From an uncultured Gammaproteobacteria bacterium (GTDB lineage Bacteria; Patescibacteriota; Microgenomatia; Curtissbacterales; GWA2-41-24): a DNA stretch of 64,000 bases. Shown here one piece after another: positions 10,634 through 21,244 of this stretch. The notes beneath the pieces were generated by a model, which saw nothing but the letters and a program-made list of their open reading frames with translations, was not told where the DNA came from and did no database searches. A program made the position numbers and the translations under genes. Where the stretch lies: contig CAZBKB010000005.1 in NCBI GenBank assembly GCA_964492425.1, positions 12,468-76,467 of the forward strand. The letters run 5' to 3'. Position 1 is the first letter of the stretch. Each line of letters starts with the position of its first letter.

Positions 10634-11441
10634 AAATAAAATTTACGATCTTTTTAAAAAACATTTTTGGCGGCAACACCCTGAGTCTGCACTTCGATAT
10701 GCACCTGTCATATCCGAGATAAAAAAGGTAAAAATTCCAAATCCAAAGATATTGGAAATTGGATCAGGATCACTGGGCATGACGCCATACTTTAAACAAA
10801 AGATCGATGCGATAGATGTGGATTTTTCAGGACCACCATCGCCATATATAAACAAAATAAAAGGTCAAGCATGGAACCTTCCGTTCAAAAAAAACTCTTA
10901 CGATATAACAATTTCTGTTGACGTTCTGGAACATATTCCTCCGCCTTTACGTGAAAAATCTATTTATGAAATAATTAAAGTAACCCGTAAATTAGCATTA
11001 ATTGTTGTCCCCACATCAACAGCATCTGAAGAACAAGACAGGGAACTTCAAAGGCGCTGGAATAATGTCTTCAAAATTAAAAATCAGTTTTTAGATGAGC
11101 ATGTAAAATATGGCCTACCGCAATCAGAAAAAATCCTGGTTTATATAGATAGGAGCAAAAGAGCGCTGAAAAAAGAATTAAAAGTTAAATCTTATCCCAA
11201 TCTAAACCTTGTCGTAAGAAATATTCTTATGAAAACATGGATAACTAAAAATAAATATATTTATTATTTGTATTTAAAAGGTTTTCTTCTTCTTGTCCCC
11301 ATCCTTAAATTTATTAACTTTGGAAAGACTTACAGAAGAGTCTTTGTGATAGAATTCGCGAGTCCAGCCAGAACGCAATTTGAGCCGTATACGACTAGTA
11401 TTGAAAAGGCGAAAATTAAGTTCAAGTGGGGTCGGCAGTGA
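10617..11441 (+). CDS. Class I SAM-dependent methyltransferase
   Basis: ILEIGSGSLG glycine-rich SAM motif and ISVDVLEHIPPP (Methyltransf_11-like). The start was chosen at ATG 10617 (17-nt overlap with the upstream gene). An alternative ATG lies at 10566. Confidence 0.55.
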   Translation: MNLQNKNKIYDLFKKHFWRQHPESALRYAPVISEIKKVKIPNPKILEIGSGSLGMTPYFKQKIDAIDVDFSGPPSPYINKIKGQAWNLPFKKNSYDITISVDVLEHIPPPLREKSIYEIIKVTRKLALIVVPTSTASEEQDRELQRRWNNVFKIKNQFLDEHVKYGLPQSEKILVYIDRSKRALKKELKVKSYPNLNLVVRNILMKTWITKNKYIYYLYLKGFLLLVPILKFINFGKTYRRVFVIEFASPARTQFEPYTTSIEKAKIKFKWGRQ

Positions 11442-12562
11442 AAATAGGAATAGACATATCTCAAATTGTATACAAGACTGGAGTCTCAACGTATACAGAA
11501 AATTTAGTAAAAGCCCTCCTGAAAATAGATAAAAAAAACCAATATCTACTTTTTGGGACATCACTAAGGCAATACACTAATCTTAATAAATTTAAAAAAG
11601 AATTAAATGACACGAGCAAAGTGGATTTTAAAATATTCATGGCGCCAATCAGCTCTTTTGAGGTTTTATTTAATAAAATTCATATCTTTAGCATAAACAA
11701 ATTAATTGGCGATGTGGATGTTCTGCATACATCGGACTGGATAGAACCAAAAGTTATTTCAACGAAGACTAAAAAGATTACAACAATCCACGATATGGTT
11801 CCATTCCTTTTCCCCTCAACGATTCCGAAAAGAATTCTTAATAATCAACTGTGCAGAATGGAAATAGTAAAAAAAGAATCAAACATTATACTCACCCCAT
11901 CCAAAGCAAGCAAAGAAGACATTGTAAAATTTTTAGATTTTCCAGCGGAAAAAATTAAAGTTACACCAGAAGCTCCCGCAAGGGATTTTAAACCGCAACC
12001 AGAGGAAACAATTAATGAAGTATTAGCAAAATATAAAATAAAAAGACCATATATTTTATCTGTCAGCACCCAAGAACCACGTAAAAACATTCACAAATTA
12101 ATAGATGCTTTCGAAAATTTAGTAAAAGATAGAACGGATATCACACTAGTTTTAACTGGTAAAAAAGGTTGGGGTCAAGCGCTCGATGTTGTACCAAGCA
12201 CCATACAGACTGGCTTTGTCACGGAAAAAGAATTAATTGCACTTTATGCAGGGTGTAGAGTATTTGTTTATCCATCACTTTACGAGGGTTTCGGGCTACC
12301 TGTTCTTGAGGCGATGGCTTGTGGAGCACCGGTTGTCACATCAAATAATTCTGCAATGGCAGAAATCGCCGAGAATTCTGCCATTCTTGTCAACCCTAGA
12401 AGTGATGGCCAAATAAGAAAAGCGATAGAGTTGGTACTTGATCTTGATCCTGAAAATTACCAAAAGATGGTACGCGCAAGCCTGGACAAAGCGCGTCAAT
12501 ATACATGGGCAAAAACCGCGAAAGAAACCTTAAATATTTATGAAGAACTTGCAAGGAGTTAA
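11426..12562 (+). CDS. Glycosyltransferase family 4
   Basis: YPSLYEGFGLPVLEAMACGAPVVTSNNSAMAEIAENSAILVNP, a canonical GT4 C-terminal motif block. Confidence 0.8.
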   Translation: MGSAVKIGIDISQIVYKTGVSTYTENLVKALLKIDKKNQYLLFGTSLRQYTNLNKFKKELNDTSKVDFKIFMAPISSFEVLFNKIHIFSINKLIGDVDVLHTSDWIEPKVISTKTKKITTIHDMVPFLFPSTIPKRILNNQLCRMEIVKKESNIILTPSKASKEDIVKFLDFPAEKIKVTPEAPARDFKPQPEETINEVLAKYKIKRPYILSVSTQEPRKNIHKLIDAFENLVKDRTDITLVLTGKKGWGQALDVVPSTIQTGFVTEKELIALYAGCRVFVYPSLYEGFGLPVLEAMACGAPVVTSNNSAMAEIAENSAILVNPRSDGQIRKAIELVLDLDPENYQKMVRASLDKARQYTWAKTAKETLNIYEELARS

Positions 12563-12564
12563 GC

Positions 12565-13659
12565 TTGATAATTGGTCTTGACGGAAACGAAGCAAATGTT
12601 AATAGTAGGGTAGGCTCCGGTGTATATGCCTATGAGCTTCTAAAAGAATTTGCAAAAAGCAAAAATCACAACTTTATTGTTTATTTAAAAGAAAAACCCT
12701 TGAACGATTTGCCCAAACAAACGGCAAATTTTAAATACCGGGTTTTCGGCCCGAAAAAACTTTGGACACAGCTGGCTCTGCCTGTCAATCTCTTAATTGG
12801 TAAAAAACCAGATGTTTTCTTTTCGATGGGGCATTACGGTCCCAGATTTTCGAAAGTTCCTTACACAATAACAATTTTTGATCTTTCCTACCTCCACTTC
12901 CCGGAGCTTTTCAAAAAGAGCGATTTGTATCAACTGACCAATTGGTCGGCATATTCTATAAGAGGAGCAAAACACATTTTTGCAATATCAAGATCTACTA
13001 AGGATGACATTGTAAAAAATTACAAAGTGGATCCGTCAAAAGTCACGGTTACATACATGGGTTACGATAATTCGCGGTTTAAGCCTCAAGCAAAGCAGAA
13101 AATCGATGTAGTTAAGAAAAAATATAAACTTCCCGAAGAATACATTATATTTATTGGTACGATTCAACCTCGAAAAAATATTGAATTTTTACTGGAAGCT
13201 TTTTCTAAGTTAGGAAACCAAAAATTAAAACTTGTAATCGTAGGTAGAAAAGGCTGGTTATTCGAGCAGATCTTCCAAAAAGTTAAAGAACTTCAATTGG
13301 CTTCAGAGGTGATCTTTACAGGGTATGTTTCAAATGCAGATTTGCCTGCATTATTATCCGGCGCAAAACTTTATGTTTCCCCTTCCCTCTGGGAAGGTTT
13401 TGGAATTCCTACAATTGAAGCCCAAGCGTGTGGAGTACCTACTGTCGTTTCAAGCGTTTCATCACTTCCAGAGGTAGTAGGGGAAAGTTCAATACTTATA
13501 AATCCAAAAAGCGTTGAATCAATTTCACAGGGAATGATTAAAGTTATTCGCGATAACAGCTTGGAAACAAGGTTAATACAAGATGGCTTTCAAAACGCAC
13601 GACGTTTTTCCTGGGAAAAGTGTGCACAGCAAACACTTTCAGTCTTAGAAAAACTATAA
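12565..13659 (+). CDS. Glycosyltransferase family 4
   Basis: SPSLWEGFGIPTIEAQACGVPTVVSSVSSLPEVVGESSILINP. A paralog-like neighbour of the previous gene. Confidence 0.8.
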   Translation: MIIGLDGNEANVNSRVGSGVYAYELLKEFAKSKNHNFIVYLKEKPLNDLPKQTANFKYRVFGPKKLWTQLALPVNLLIGKKPDVFFSMGHYGPRFSKVPYTITIFDLSYLHFPELFKKSDLYQLTNWSAYSIRGAKHIFAISRSTKDDIVKNYKVDPSKVTVTYMGYDNSRFKPQAKQKIDVVKKKYKLPEEYIIFIGTIQPRKNIEFLLEAFSKLGNQKLKLVIVGRKGWLFEQIFQKVKELQLASEVIFTGYVSNADLPALLSGAKLYVSPSLWEGFGIPTIEAQACGVPTVVSSVSSLPEVVGESSILINPKSVESISQGMIKVIRDNSLETRLIQDGFQNARRFSWEKCAQQTLSVLEKL

Positions 13660-13711
13660 TAAATACAAATATTATTTAAATTTTAATCTAGTGAATTAAA
13701 TTACGAAAAAG

Positions 13712-15250
13712 TCAGAAAGACTTTACACCAGATGTGTCAACAATAACAATTTCCAAATCCTTAAATATTTGTTTCCAAACAACATTATTATTAGTTTGCA
13801 AACTTTCCCCAACTTGTTGAAATATCACAGCCTTACCAGGATCAGTTTGCTGTATTTGAGTAGGATAAAGACTATAAGAAGCGTAAATCCAGTCAGTAAA
13901 AATGTACCAATAACTTTTAACAGCTGGATACTTTTGCAGGGTATAAAGTTCGGTCCAGCCACCACCCTGTATTTCGCCTATCTGAGACGCTTCAATGGCA
14001 AACTTATCTTCCTTTAATACAGAAATACTTTGTCTAACTAATGCAATCTTTTTAGATAATGGATATTTAATTGAGGAATTTTGTAAAGTGTAATAATTTG
14101 CAAAGAAATAAATTAGTAAAAATAAAGGTAGTGAAATTTTTAATTTTTTTTCAAGAGCAACAAGTGTTGGAGAAATTGTCAATAGAAAAACAGGCATGAT
14201 TACAAGAAAATATAGTTGACTGAAGTTAGACCGGAAGAGTCTGTTAAATAATAACATCCCAAAAATAAAACTAACGATAACTAGCCATGGTATCAACTTT
14301 GATTTGTCTGGCTTTCGCCATAAAATGAAAAGACTCAAGCCCAACAAGGTTACCACTAGAATTTGGCTAAATGGTGAAAACATTGGAGTAGGGTAAATGC
14401 AATCCCCATGGCACCATTGAGAATCTATAAAATGGCTTGGTTTTGTAAACAATATTCGGGTAAGTACATTTATGGCATCACTCATACCAAAAACGCTATA
14501 TAATCTCCCCGGGGACAAACCTTGTCCTTCAAATGGTTTGTTGATTGTATGTAAAAACGGACCCGACACCGCACCGTTATATCTTATTTCCGCAACACCA
14601 AACGGAAGTGCGAAAATGATTAACAAGCACACGAAAATAAACGAATACCAATGTTTAATCGGAAATTTAAAAATCACCCAGCAAACAATAATACTCAGCA
14701 CCAAAACCAATAGATATAAATCCGAATGAAAAGCAAAACCGATTGGTAATGCGAGAACTGGAATAAATTTCAAATCTCCTTTTAAAACCTTAGCTAAAGA
14801 TAGTACGGTAAGAATTGCTAAAAAGGGACCAGGTGTAAGTGGCCATAACCTCCTATCAAGAAGAGAAATTAGAAAAGAACAGGCATACAAAAAACTGGCT
14901 ACAAGGCCAACATTACTGTCATATATAAACTTTCCACATCGAAAGATCATATAAGTAGTAGCGACACCTATAATTGATGCAACACCCTGAACTAAAACTA
15001 GGTTGAAATTTGTTAGGTAATAAAAAATGGAAATTGCATAAAAATAATAAGGACCCATACCGAACCCCAATGTGGAATTTGGGATCAGCAAGCTTGGGGA
15101 TTTATCCCAAATTATATGTCTGATTGTGGCAGTTATTATTTCATCATCACCTGTCCAAAGCTGCAGATTTGCATAATTATAGAATCTAAAAAAAATTGCA
15201 ATTACAATTATTGCACCAAGGAGATAAGCAGATCTGCTGTGTTTTTTCAT
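13712..15250 (-). CDS. GT-C fold membrane glycosyltransferase, ArnT/PMT-like
   Basis: The minus-strand ORF encodes TM1 followed by LWTGDDEIITA (acidic DDE loop motif), about 11 TM helices and a C-terminal soluble domain. Confidence 0.6.
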   Translation of the reverse strand: MKKHSRSAYLLGAIIVIAIFFRFYNYANLQLWTGDDEIITATIRHIIWDKSPSLLIPNSTLGFGMGPYYFYAISIFYYLTNFNLVLVQGVASIIGVATTYMIFRCGKFIYDSNVGLVASFLYACSFLISLLDRRLWPLTPGPFLAILTVLSLAKVLKGDLKFIPVLALPIGFAFHSDLYLLVLVLSIIVCWVIFKFPIKHWYSFIFVCLLIIFALPFGVAEIRYNGAVSGPFLHTINKPFEGQGLSPGRLYSVFGMSDAINVLTRILFTKPSHFIDSQWCHGDCIYPTPMFSPFSQILVVTLLGLSLFILWRKPDKSKLIPWLVIVSFIFGMLLFNRLFRSNFSQLYFLVIMPVFLLTISPTLVALEKKLKISLPLFLLIYFFANYYTLQNSSIKYPLSKKIALVRQSISVLKEDKFAIEASQIGEIQGGGWTELYTLQKYPAVKSYWYIFTDWIYASYSLYPTQIQQTDPGKAVIFQQVGESLQTNNNVVWKQIFKDLEIVIVDTSGVKSF

Positions 15251-15602
15251 AATATTTTTATCATAAAGTATTACTTTAAGTTATAATTATTCCACCAGAA
15301 ACCTATAGAAATGGCAACCCACTGAAATTGTATAACCCTTAAAAAAGTGTATTTTGATCAAATATACGACCCATAGTATAATAGTCAGCACATGGGACGT
15401 TTGGGTGTTGTTCTAACAGTTGGCTCTCTAATCAAAATATCGCTGATAATGTGAACGAGTTTATTTTCAAACTAGATCGAAAATAGAGACGCATTTTGAA
15501 ATCAAAATACGTCAAGAATTCCCATGCTGATAAATAATTAGAAGTCATCAAAAGCTTGTTTTATGGAATAAGCGAACACAATTCTGATATCATAATTAAT
15601 AT

Positions 15603-16199
15603 ATGAGAGACCGGATGGGGAATGAATTAACAAAATCTCAAGTTATTAAAAAGATCAATAATCGAATTTACTGGATATTATTAGATTTTTGGCTATATGT
15701 CCTGAATAGGCTGGCATACGATATGCCTTTACACTTTGTGCGCAGGTTCTTTTTTACCATTTCGGGAATGAAAATAGGCAAAGATTCATTTATTCATATG
15801 TGGACGAGGGTCTATAAACCGTCCGGGATAGAAATAGGCAACGAAACAATTATTGGTGACCATTGTTTCCTGGACGGTAGGGCAACACTTAAAATCGGCA
15901 ATAACGTAGATATTGCGACGGGAGTTTTAATATACAACAGTGAGCACGACGTTCACTCAGATGGATTTGATCCAATAGAAGAACCGGTTGAAATTGGCGA
16001 TTATGTATTTATCGGCCCGCGGGCAATAATTCTTCCCGGCGTTAAAATCGGTAAAGGTGCTGTTATCGCAGCAGGCGCAGTTGTCACATCAGATGTTGGC
16101 GATTTCCAAATAGTAGGCGGCGTTCCGGCAAAAATCATAGGGGAGCGCAAAAACAAAAGTCCGAACTATAAACTCGGCCGCGCCAGGTTGTTTCAATAA
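15603..16199 (+). CDS. Hexapeptide-repeat sugar O-acetyltransferase (WbbJ/maltose acetyltransferase-like)
   Basis: Repeated [LIV]G-x4 hexapeptides (IGNETIIGDHCFLDGRATLKIGNNVDIATGVLIY ... IGKGAVIAAGAVV). Confidence 0.75.
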   Translation: MRDRMGNELTKSQVIKKINNRIYWILLDFWLYVLNRLAYDMPLHFVRRFFFTISGMKIGKDSFIHMWTRVYKPSGIEIGNETIIGDHCFLDGRATLKIGNNVDIATGVLIYNSEHDVHSDGFDPIEEPVEIGDYVFIGPRAIILPGVKIGKGAVIAAGAVVTSDVGDFQIVGGVPAKIIGERKNKSPNYKLGRARLFQ

Positions 16200-16201
16200 G
16201 G

Positions 16202-17092
16202 ATGGATTTATCCGTTATCATTGTCAATTGGAATACCAAAAATTTACTTGAAGATTGTTTGTCATCGATTTTCAAATTAACAAAAGGTGTAAAGTTCGAA
16301 ATTATCGTCGTTGACAATGCTTCAAAGGATGGCAGTCCTCAAATGGTTAAGGCGAGGTTTTCTAAAGTTATTTTAATCAAAAACAACAACAACCGAGGTT
16401 TTACTAAAGCAAATAACCAAGGGATCAAAGTGACAAAAGGGGAGTACATTCTCCTATTAAATTCAGACGCATACCTTATTGAAAATTCCCTAAAAAAGCT
16501 GCTAGAGGCAGTAAAATCTAAAAATAACAAAGCAGTTTTGGCTCCCCTGCTCCTAAACGAAAACAGGACAATTCAGCAATCGGTAGGCTTTTTCCCGCAC
16601 TTGCCCCAGGTGTTTTTGTGGATGAGTTTTTTAGACGATTTGCCTCTAGGACAATTCCTAAATCCCTATCATGTGGACCATGATTCGTTCTACAAGAAGG
16701 AACACGTTGTTGATTGGGCAACAGGGGCGGCACTTTTTTTCCCAAAATCAATGATTCCCAAAACTGGCCTGCTTGATGAGAAAATATTTATGTATGGTGA
16801 AGATGTTGAATGGTGCTATCGAATTAAAAAAGCCGGTTACAATATGTATTTCACACCCGAAACCAAAATCGTCCACAGCGGTCGAGGTTCGTCGGGTAAA
16901 ATACTAAAAGGTGCATTAGTGGGTGAATTTATTGGCCTCAGGTATTTTTATAAAAAACACAAAGGTTATGTGGCTTTGCAAATTCTAAGAGTCTTCCTTA
17001 AAATAGGAGCATTGGCAAGAATTATTATCTTTTCCGCATTAGGAAGATTTAGACTTGCCAAGTTCTATGTTGAAGCTTTTAAAGTGGCTTGA
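16202..17092 (+). CDS. Glycosyltransferase family 2
   Basis: LSVIIVNWNTKNLL...EIIVVDNASKDGS and a DxD-containing region. Rhamnosyltransferase-like GT2 architecture. Confidence 0.75.
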   Translation: MDLSVIIVNWNTKNLLEDCLSSIFKLTKGVKFEIIVVDNASKDGSPQMVKARFSKVILIKNNNNRGFTKANNQGIKVTKGEYILLLNSDAYLIENSLKKLLEAVKSKNNKAVLAPLLLNENRTIQQSVGFFPHLPQVFLWMSFLDDLPLGQFLNPYHVDHDSFYKKEHVVDWATGAALFFPKSMIPKTGLLDEKIFMYGEDVEWCYRIKKAGYNMYFTPETKIVHSGRGSSGKILKGALVGEFIGLRYFYKKHKGYVALQILRVFLKIGALARIIIFSALGRFRLAKFYVEAFKVA

Positions 17093-18620
17093 CGATCATA
17101 TCTTAGAGTTTCTGTCATTTGCCCTCATAATACTTATTCCGCTTTATCCAAAAATTCCTCTTGCGGATATTCTACCCGGCTATATTGTCAGAATTCGTTT
17201 TGATGATCTCCTGGTTGGTTTTGCATTTCTTGTTTGGACTATCCAGGTGATGAGAAAGAAAGCTACAGTCAAAGGCAATCCGCTCATATTACCAATCTTA
17301 GCCTATATCCTCATAGGTTTTGCTTCATCTCTTTCCGCAATATTTATAACAAAAACGGTTCCACAAGAAACTCTGCATGTAAGTAAATTGTTTTTACATT
17401 GGGCCAGGAGAGTAGAGTACTTTTCGGTATTCTTTATATTTTTCTCATCAATTAAATCCCCGCGGCAGATTAGAGAGTACGTTTATCTCTCTGCAATAGC
17501 TCTTCTTGCGGTTTCCATCTATGGATTTGGACAAAAGTATTTGTATTGGCCGGCTTTTTCCACAATGAATCGTGAGTTTTCAAAAGGGATAAAGCTTTAT
17601 CTGACAGAAAATGCGAGGGTACTTTCCACATTCGGCGGCCATTACGATCTAGCTGCATACTTAATGATTTTGCTTACGCTATTTGTGCCTCTCGCAATGA
17701 TTGTTAAAAAATGGTTTCACAAACTCCTTTTTTTTGCAGCATCAATTACTGGTTTTTGGCTTATGATTCTTACAGTCTCGAGGACATCTTTTATCGCATA
17801 TCTTGTTTCGATAACTGTTGCATATGGTCTGTTGATTTCTAAAAAAGGTTGGGTTTGGGCACTACCAAGGTGGTTTGTTGTAATTTTCCTATCCCTTGCT
17901 GTTATGTTATTTTTTGGTGACTTATCAGACCGTTTTGCTCACGTTCTAAAAGTAGATGGTATTAAAAATTTAGCGCTCAAGCCATGGACGGAGAAACCAA
18001 CTGATAATAATGCTTTTTTAGAAATTGGTTCAAAATCAGACACACCACCCTCAACATCAAAACCAGGAGATGATAGCATCCAATCTAAAAAACCTTCTGA
18101 TGTATATGTTGATGTACCGGAATTTGGAATAGATGGTGTGCCTTCTTCTCTTTCAGCACGTCCTCGGGTTTATTCACAAAACGCAATTCAGTATGACCTC
18201 TCAACAGGTATACGCCTCGATTACACCTGGCCAAAAGCAATCGAAGGACTTGCCAGAAATCCACTGTTAGGTTCAGGCTACTCAACTTTGACCAAAAAGA
18301 ATATAGAAGATTTTACAGAAGCCGAATCGACAGATAACGATTTTCTGCGTGCACTTGGCGAAACAGGGCTTCTTGGCTTTTTAACATTTTATGGAATCAT
18401 CGCTGTTGTCTTTTACCAGGTAGTAATTTCTTATAAAAAAATAAAAGATATTTTCAACGCTACAATCATCGCTTCAATATTTGCTGCAATCGTTGGTCTT
18501 TTAGTTAATGCGTTTTACATAGATGTCTTTGTTGCATCAAAAGTTGCCTACACATTTTGGATAATGGTTGCCATTCTTCTTGCCACTATCAAATTCTCAC
18601 AAAGCAAAACGCAGAAGTGA
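17055..18620 (+). CDS. O-antigen ligase/polymerase-like membrane protein (Wzy_C family)
   Basis: Multiple TM helices. A Wzy_C-like core around LTVSRTSFIAYLVS. A large periplasmic loop carries a low-complexity P/S/T/D-rich insert. Confidence 0.55.
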   Translation: MPSSMLKLLKWLDDHILEFLSFALIILIPLYPKIPLADILPGYIVRIRFDDLLVGFAFLVWTIQVMRKKATVKGNPLILPILAYILIGFASSLSAIFITKTVPQETLHVSKLFLHWARRVEYFSVFFIFFSSIKSPRQIREYVYLSAIALLAVSIYGFGQKYLYWPAFSTMNREFSKGIKLYLTENARVLSTFGGHYDLAAYLMILLTLFVPLAMIVKKWFHKLLFFAASITGFWLMILTVSRTSFIAYLVSITVAYGLLISKKGWVWALPRWFVVIFLSLAVMLFFGDLSDRFAHVLKVDGIKNLALKPWTEKPTDNNAFLEIGSKSDTPPSTSKPGDDSIQSKKPSDVYVDVPEFGIDGVPSSLSARPRVYSQNAIQYDLSTGIRLDYTWPKAIEGLARNPLLGSGYSTLTKKNIEDFTEAESTDNDFLRALGETGLLGFLTFYGIIAVVFYQVVISYKKIKDIFNATIIASIFAAIVGLLVNAFYIDVFVASKVAYTFWIMVAILLATIKFSQSKTQK

Positions 18621-20050
18621 AAAAAATCGAAATTATTATAATTGGAGCAATAATTTTGCTTGCCTTTTTACTTCGCCTCTACAAAATAGACAGGCCTCTT
18701 GCAGATTGGCATTCATGGCGACAGGCAGATACGGCGGCTGTTTCACGAAATTTTGTAAAGGAAGAATTCAATTTGCTAATCCCCAAATTCGATGACATGT
18801 CCAAACAAGCAAACGGCCTTGATAACCCCAATCGCTATCGTTTTGTAGAATTCCCTATATACAACGCAATAATTGCCGTTATATGGAAGATCACAAGCGT
18901 GCAAACATTATATGCCAGGCTTACAACTGTATTGTTTACCCTTTTTTCAACATTATTCTTATATTTAATAGTCAGAAAATTCTCATCTATTCTTACAGCA
19001 GCCTTATCTGCCTTTTTCTTCGCATCAATTCCATACAACATATTCTATTCGTCATCTATACTGCCTGGGCCCTTTATGGTTTTTTCAATTCTCGGACTAT
19101 ACTTTTTCTTCATCAAGTTCTTAGAAAATGAATCCACAATATTTCTGATTCTATCGGTACTTTTTGCCAACTTGGCCCTCTTGTCTTGGCCAATAGCAAT
19201 CTTCTTCTTCCTTCCTGTAATTTATCTCGCTTTCGAAAAATTCAAACTAAACATATTTAAAAATTTCAAACTTTGGGTCTTTACGATATCTTCAATTCTA
19301 CCGTTTTTTGCCTGGAGAATATGGATTCTAAATTTCCCACAAGGTATCCCAAATTGGCGTTTTGTAATAAACGAAGACAACATTCGTTTCAAAGGTGCCT
19401 TTTTTCGATGGATATTTGCGGAAAGGTTGGGAAATTTAATACTGGCCTTCGGTGGTGTACCTCTCTTTATATTGGGCGTGGTTCTAAAGCAGGGTAAAGA
19501 AAAGCTTTTTTACTATTCCATACTCGCCTCGGGCATGCTTTACGTTATTGTTTTTGCCTCAGGGAACGTTAGACACGATTATTATCAAGTTCCGCTTGTT
19601 CCAGCGCTGTCAATCTTAATGGCCAAAGGAACAGAAATACTCGTTAGCAGGAGGTCGAGTATTTTCAACAAGTATACAAGCATCATTATCACCATTTTCT
19701 TAATTTTTCTAATGTACGCATTTGGTTACCTTCAAGTACGAGGTTATTACTGGATAAACAAACCTCAAATTTTAGAAGCCGGTGCGGCAGTAGATCGACT
19801 TTTGCCCAAAGATGCAACAGTTATTGCTCCTTACAATGGTGATGCAGCTTTTCTATACCAGACTAACAGACACGGTTATCCTATAACAGATAGGTCACTT
19901 GAGGATTTTGTTAATCAAGGCACCAAGTATTTAGTATCCGTAGAACCCGATGACGAGGGTATCAAAAACTTGGCCGAAAAATGTAAAATCATAGAATCAA
20001 ATGCCAGATATGTTATTGTCGAAATGTCCAAAGAATGCCTAAATTTCTAG
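18617..20050 (+). CDS. Polytopic membrane protein, putative GT-C-like glycosyltransferase
   Basis: The start was chosen at GTG 18617 (GTGA overlap with the upstream stop). An ATG at 18557 would overlap by 64 nt. TM1 is followed by RPLADWHSWRQADTA and about 11 TM helices. Confidence 0.45.
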   Translation: MKKIEIIIIGAIILLAFLLRLYKIDRPLADWHSWRQADTAAVSRNFVKEEFNLLIPKFDDMSKQANGLDNPNRYRFVEFPIYNAIIAVIWKITSVQTLYARLTTVLFTLFSTLFLYLIVRKFSSILTAALSAFFFASIPYNIFYSSSILPGPFMVFSILGLYFFFIKFLENESTIFLILSVLFANLALLSWPIAIFFFLPVIYLAFEKFKLNIFKNFKLWVFTISSILPFFAWRIWILNFPQGIPNWRFVINEDNIRFKGAFFRWIFAERLGNLILAFGGVPLFILGVVLKQGKEKLFYYSILASGMLYVIVFASGNVRHDYYQVPLVPALSILMAKGTEILVSRRSSIFNKYTSIIITIFLIFLMYAFGYLQVRGYYWINKPQILEAGAAVDRLLPKDATVIAPYNGDAAFLYQTNRHGYPITDRSLEDFVNQGTKYLVSVEPDDEGIKNLAEKCKIIESNARYVIVEMSKECLNF

Positions 20051-21244
20051 ATGAAAATTTTAATGCTAACCCCATACTTGCCCTATCCTTTGGTATCCGG
20101 CGGACAAATACGTACTTACAATCTTCTAAAAAACTTATCAAAAAAACATAAAATCACGCTAGTCTCTTTTATCCGTGAACCACGAGAAAAACAATACTTG
20201 CAATATTTACGGCCATTTTGTGAAGATATCTTAATTTACCAAAGAAGAAAAGCCTGGTCCCTAATAAATATAATGTTGGCGGCTATAACTCCATACCCGT
20301 TTCTAGTATCCATTTATATCAGCCTTTCCCTTCGTCGGGATATTAAAGAGTTAATTGTTAAAAAAAACTTTGATCTTATTCATGCAGAAACATTTTATGT
20401 TATGCCCAATATTCCACAAACAAACGTTCCTATTTATCTTGTCGAACAAGTTATCGAATATCTGGTCTATCAAAGATTTGTTGAGGGACTACCCTTATGG
20501 CTTATACTCTTAAAACCATTATTGCTATTCGACGTAATAAAGATAAAATTTTGGGAGAAATATTATTGGGGTAGAGCAAAAAGGCTTGCAGCGATGTCCC
20601 AGGATGATAAAGAATTTATAGAAAACACTAGCCCCAAGCTAAAAGTTGATGTTGTCGCCAATGGGGTAGATATCGACTATTTCACCAGTACCAAAAAAGT
20701 AAAGACTAAAAACCCGACAATCCTATTTATTGGTAATTTTAAATGGTTGCCAAATAGGGATGCTGCAAAATTTTTAGCTACTGAAATCTGGCCAAAAATT
20801 AAAAAAAATTTGCCATCTGCCAAACTTTGGATTGTTGGTAAAAATCCCTCAAAAGATCTTAAAGCCTACGAGTCTCCAAGTGTAAATGTTGATGAAACGG
20901 TAGAAGACATCAGAACCGCTTATGGCAGAAGCGATGTTCTTCTGGCACCAATTAGAAATGGCCGCGGAACAAAGTATAAAATTTTGGAAGCGATGGCGAC
21001 TCGCACCCCAATTGTAGGTACATCTTTGGCAACAGAAGGCATTAATATAAAAAATAAAATTCATGCCTTTGTAGCAGACAAATCCGAAGATCTAGCCGCA
21101 AGTACTGTACATATTCTAAAAAATAAAAAAGAAGGCGAAAAACTTGCCCAGAATGCATACAAACTTGTTGCCCAAGATTATAGTTGGGTCAAAATATCAG
21201 CAAATCTCGACAAAGTATATCGTGAAGTAGGGGGTAAAAAATGA
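20051..21244 (+). CDS. Glycosyltransferase family 4
   Basis: N-terminal MKILMLTPYLPYPLVSGGQIRTYNLLKNLS and C-terminal GTKYKILEAMATRTPIVGT. Confidence 0.8.
   Translation: MKILMLTPYLPYPLVSGGQIRTYNLLKNLSKKHKITLVSFIREPREKQYLQYLRPFCEDILIYQRRKAWSLINIMLAAITPYPFLVSIYISLSLRRDIKELIVKKNFDLIHAETFYVMPNIPQTNVPIYLVEQVIEYLVYQRFVEGLPLWLILLKPLLLFDVIKIKFWEKYYWGRAKRLAAMSQDDKEFIENTSPKLKVDVVANGVDIDYFTSTKKVKTKNPTILFIGNFKWLPNRDAAKFLATEIWPKIKKNLPSAKLWIVGKNPSKDLKAYESPSVNVDETVEDIRTAYGRSDVLLAPIRNGRGTKYKILEAMATRTPIVGTSLATEGINIKNKIHAFVADKSEDLAASTVHILKNKKEGEKLAQNAYKLVAQDYSWVKISANLDKVYREVGGKK

Noticed and set aside
18557-18616. ATG start at 18557 for the membrane protein
   Set aside because: It would create a 64-nt overlap with the upstream gene and a non-hydrophobic N-terminal extension. 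The GTG at 18617 gives the common GTGA stop-start overlap.
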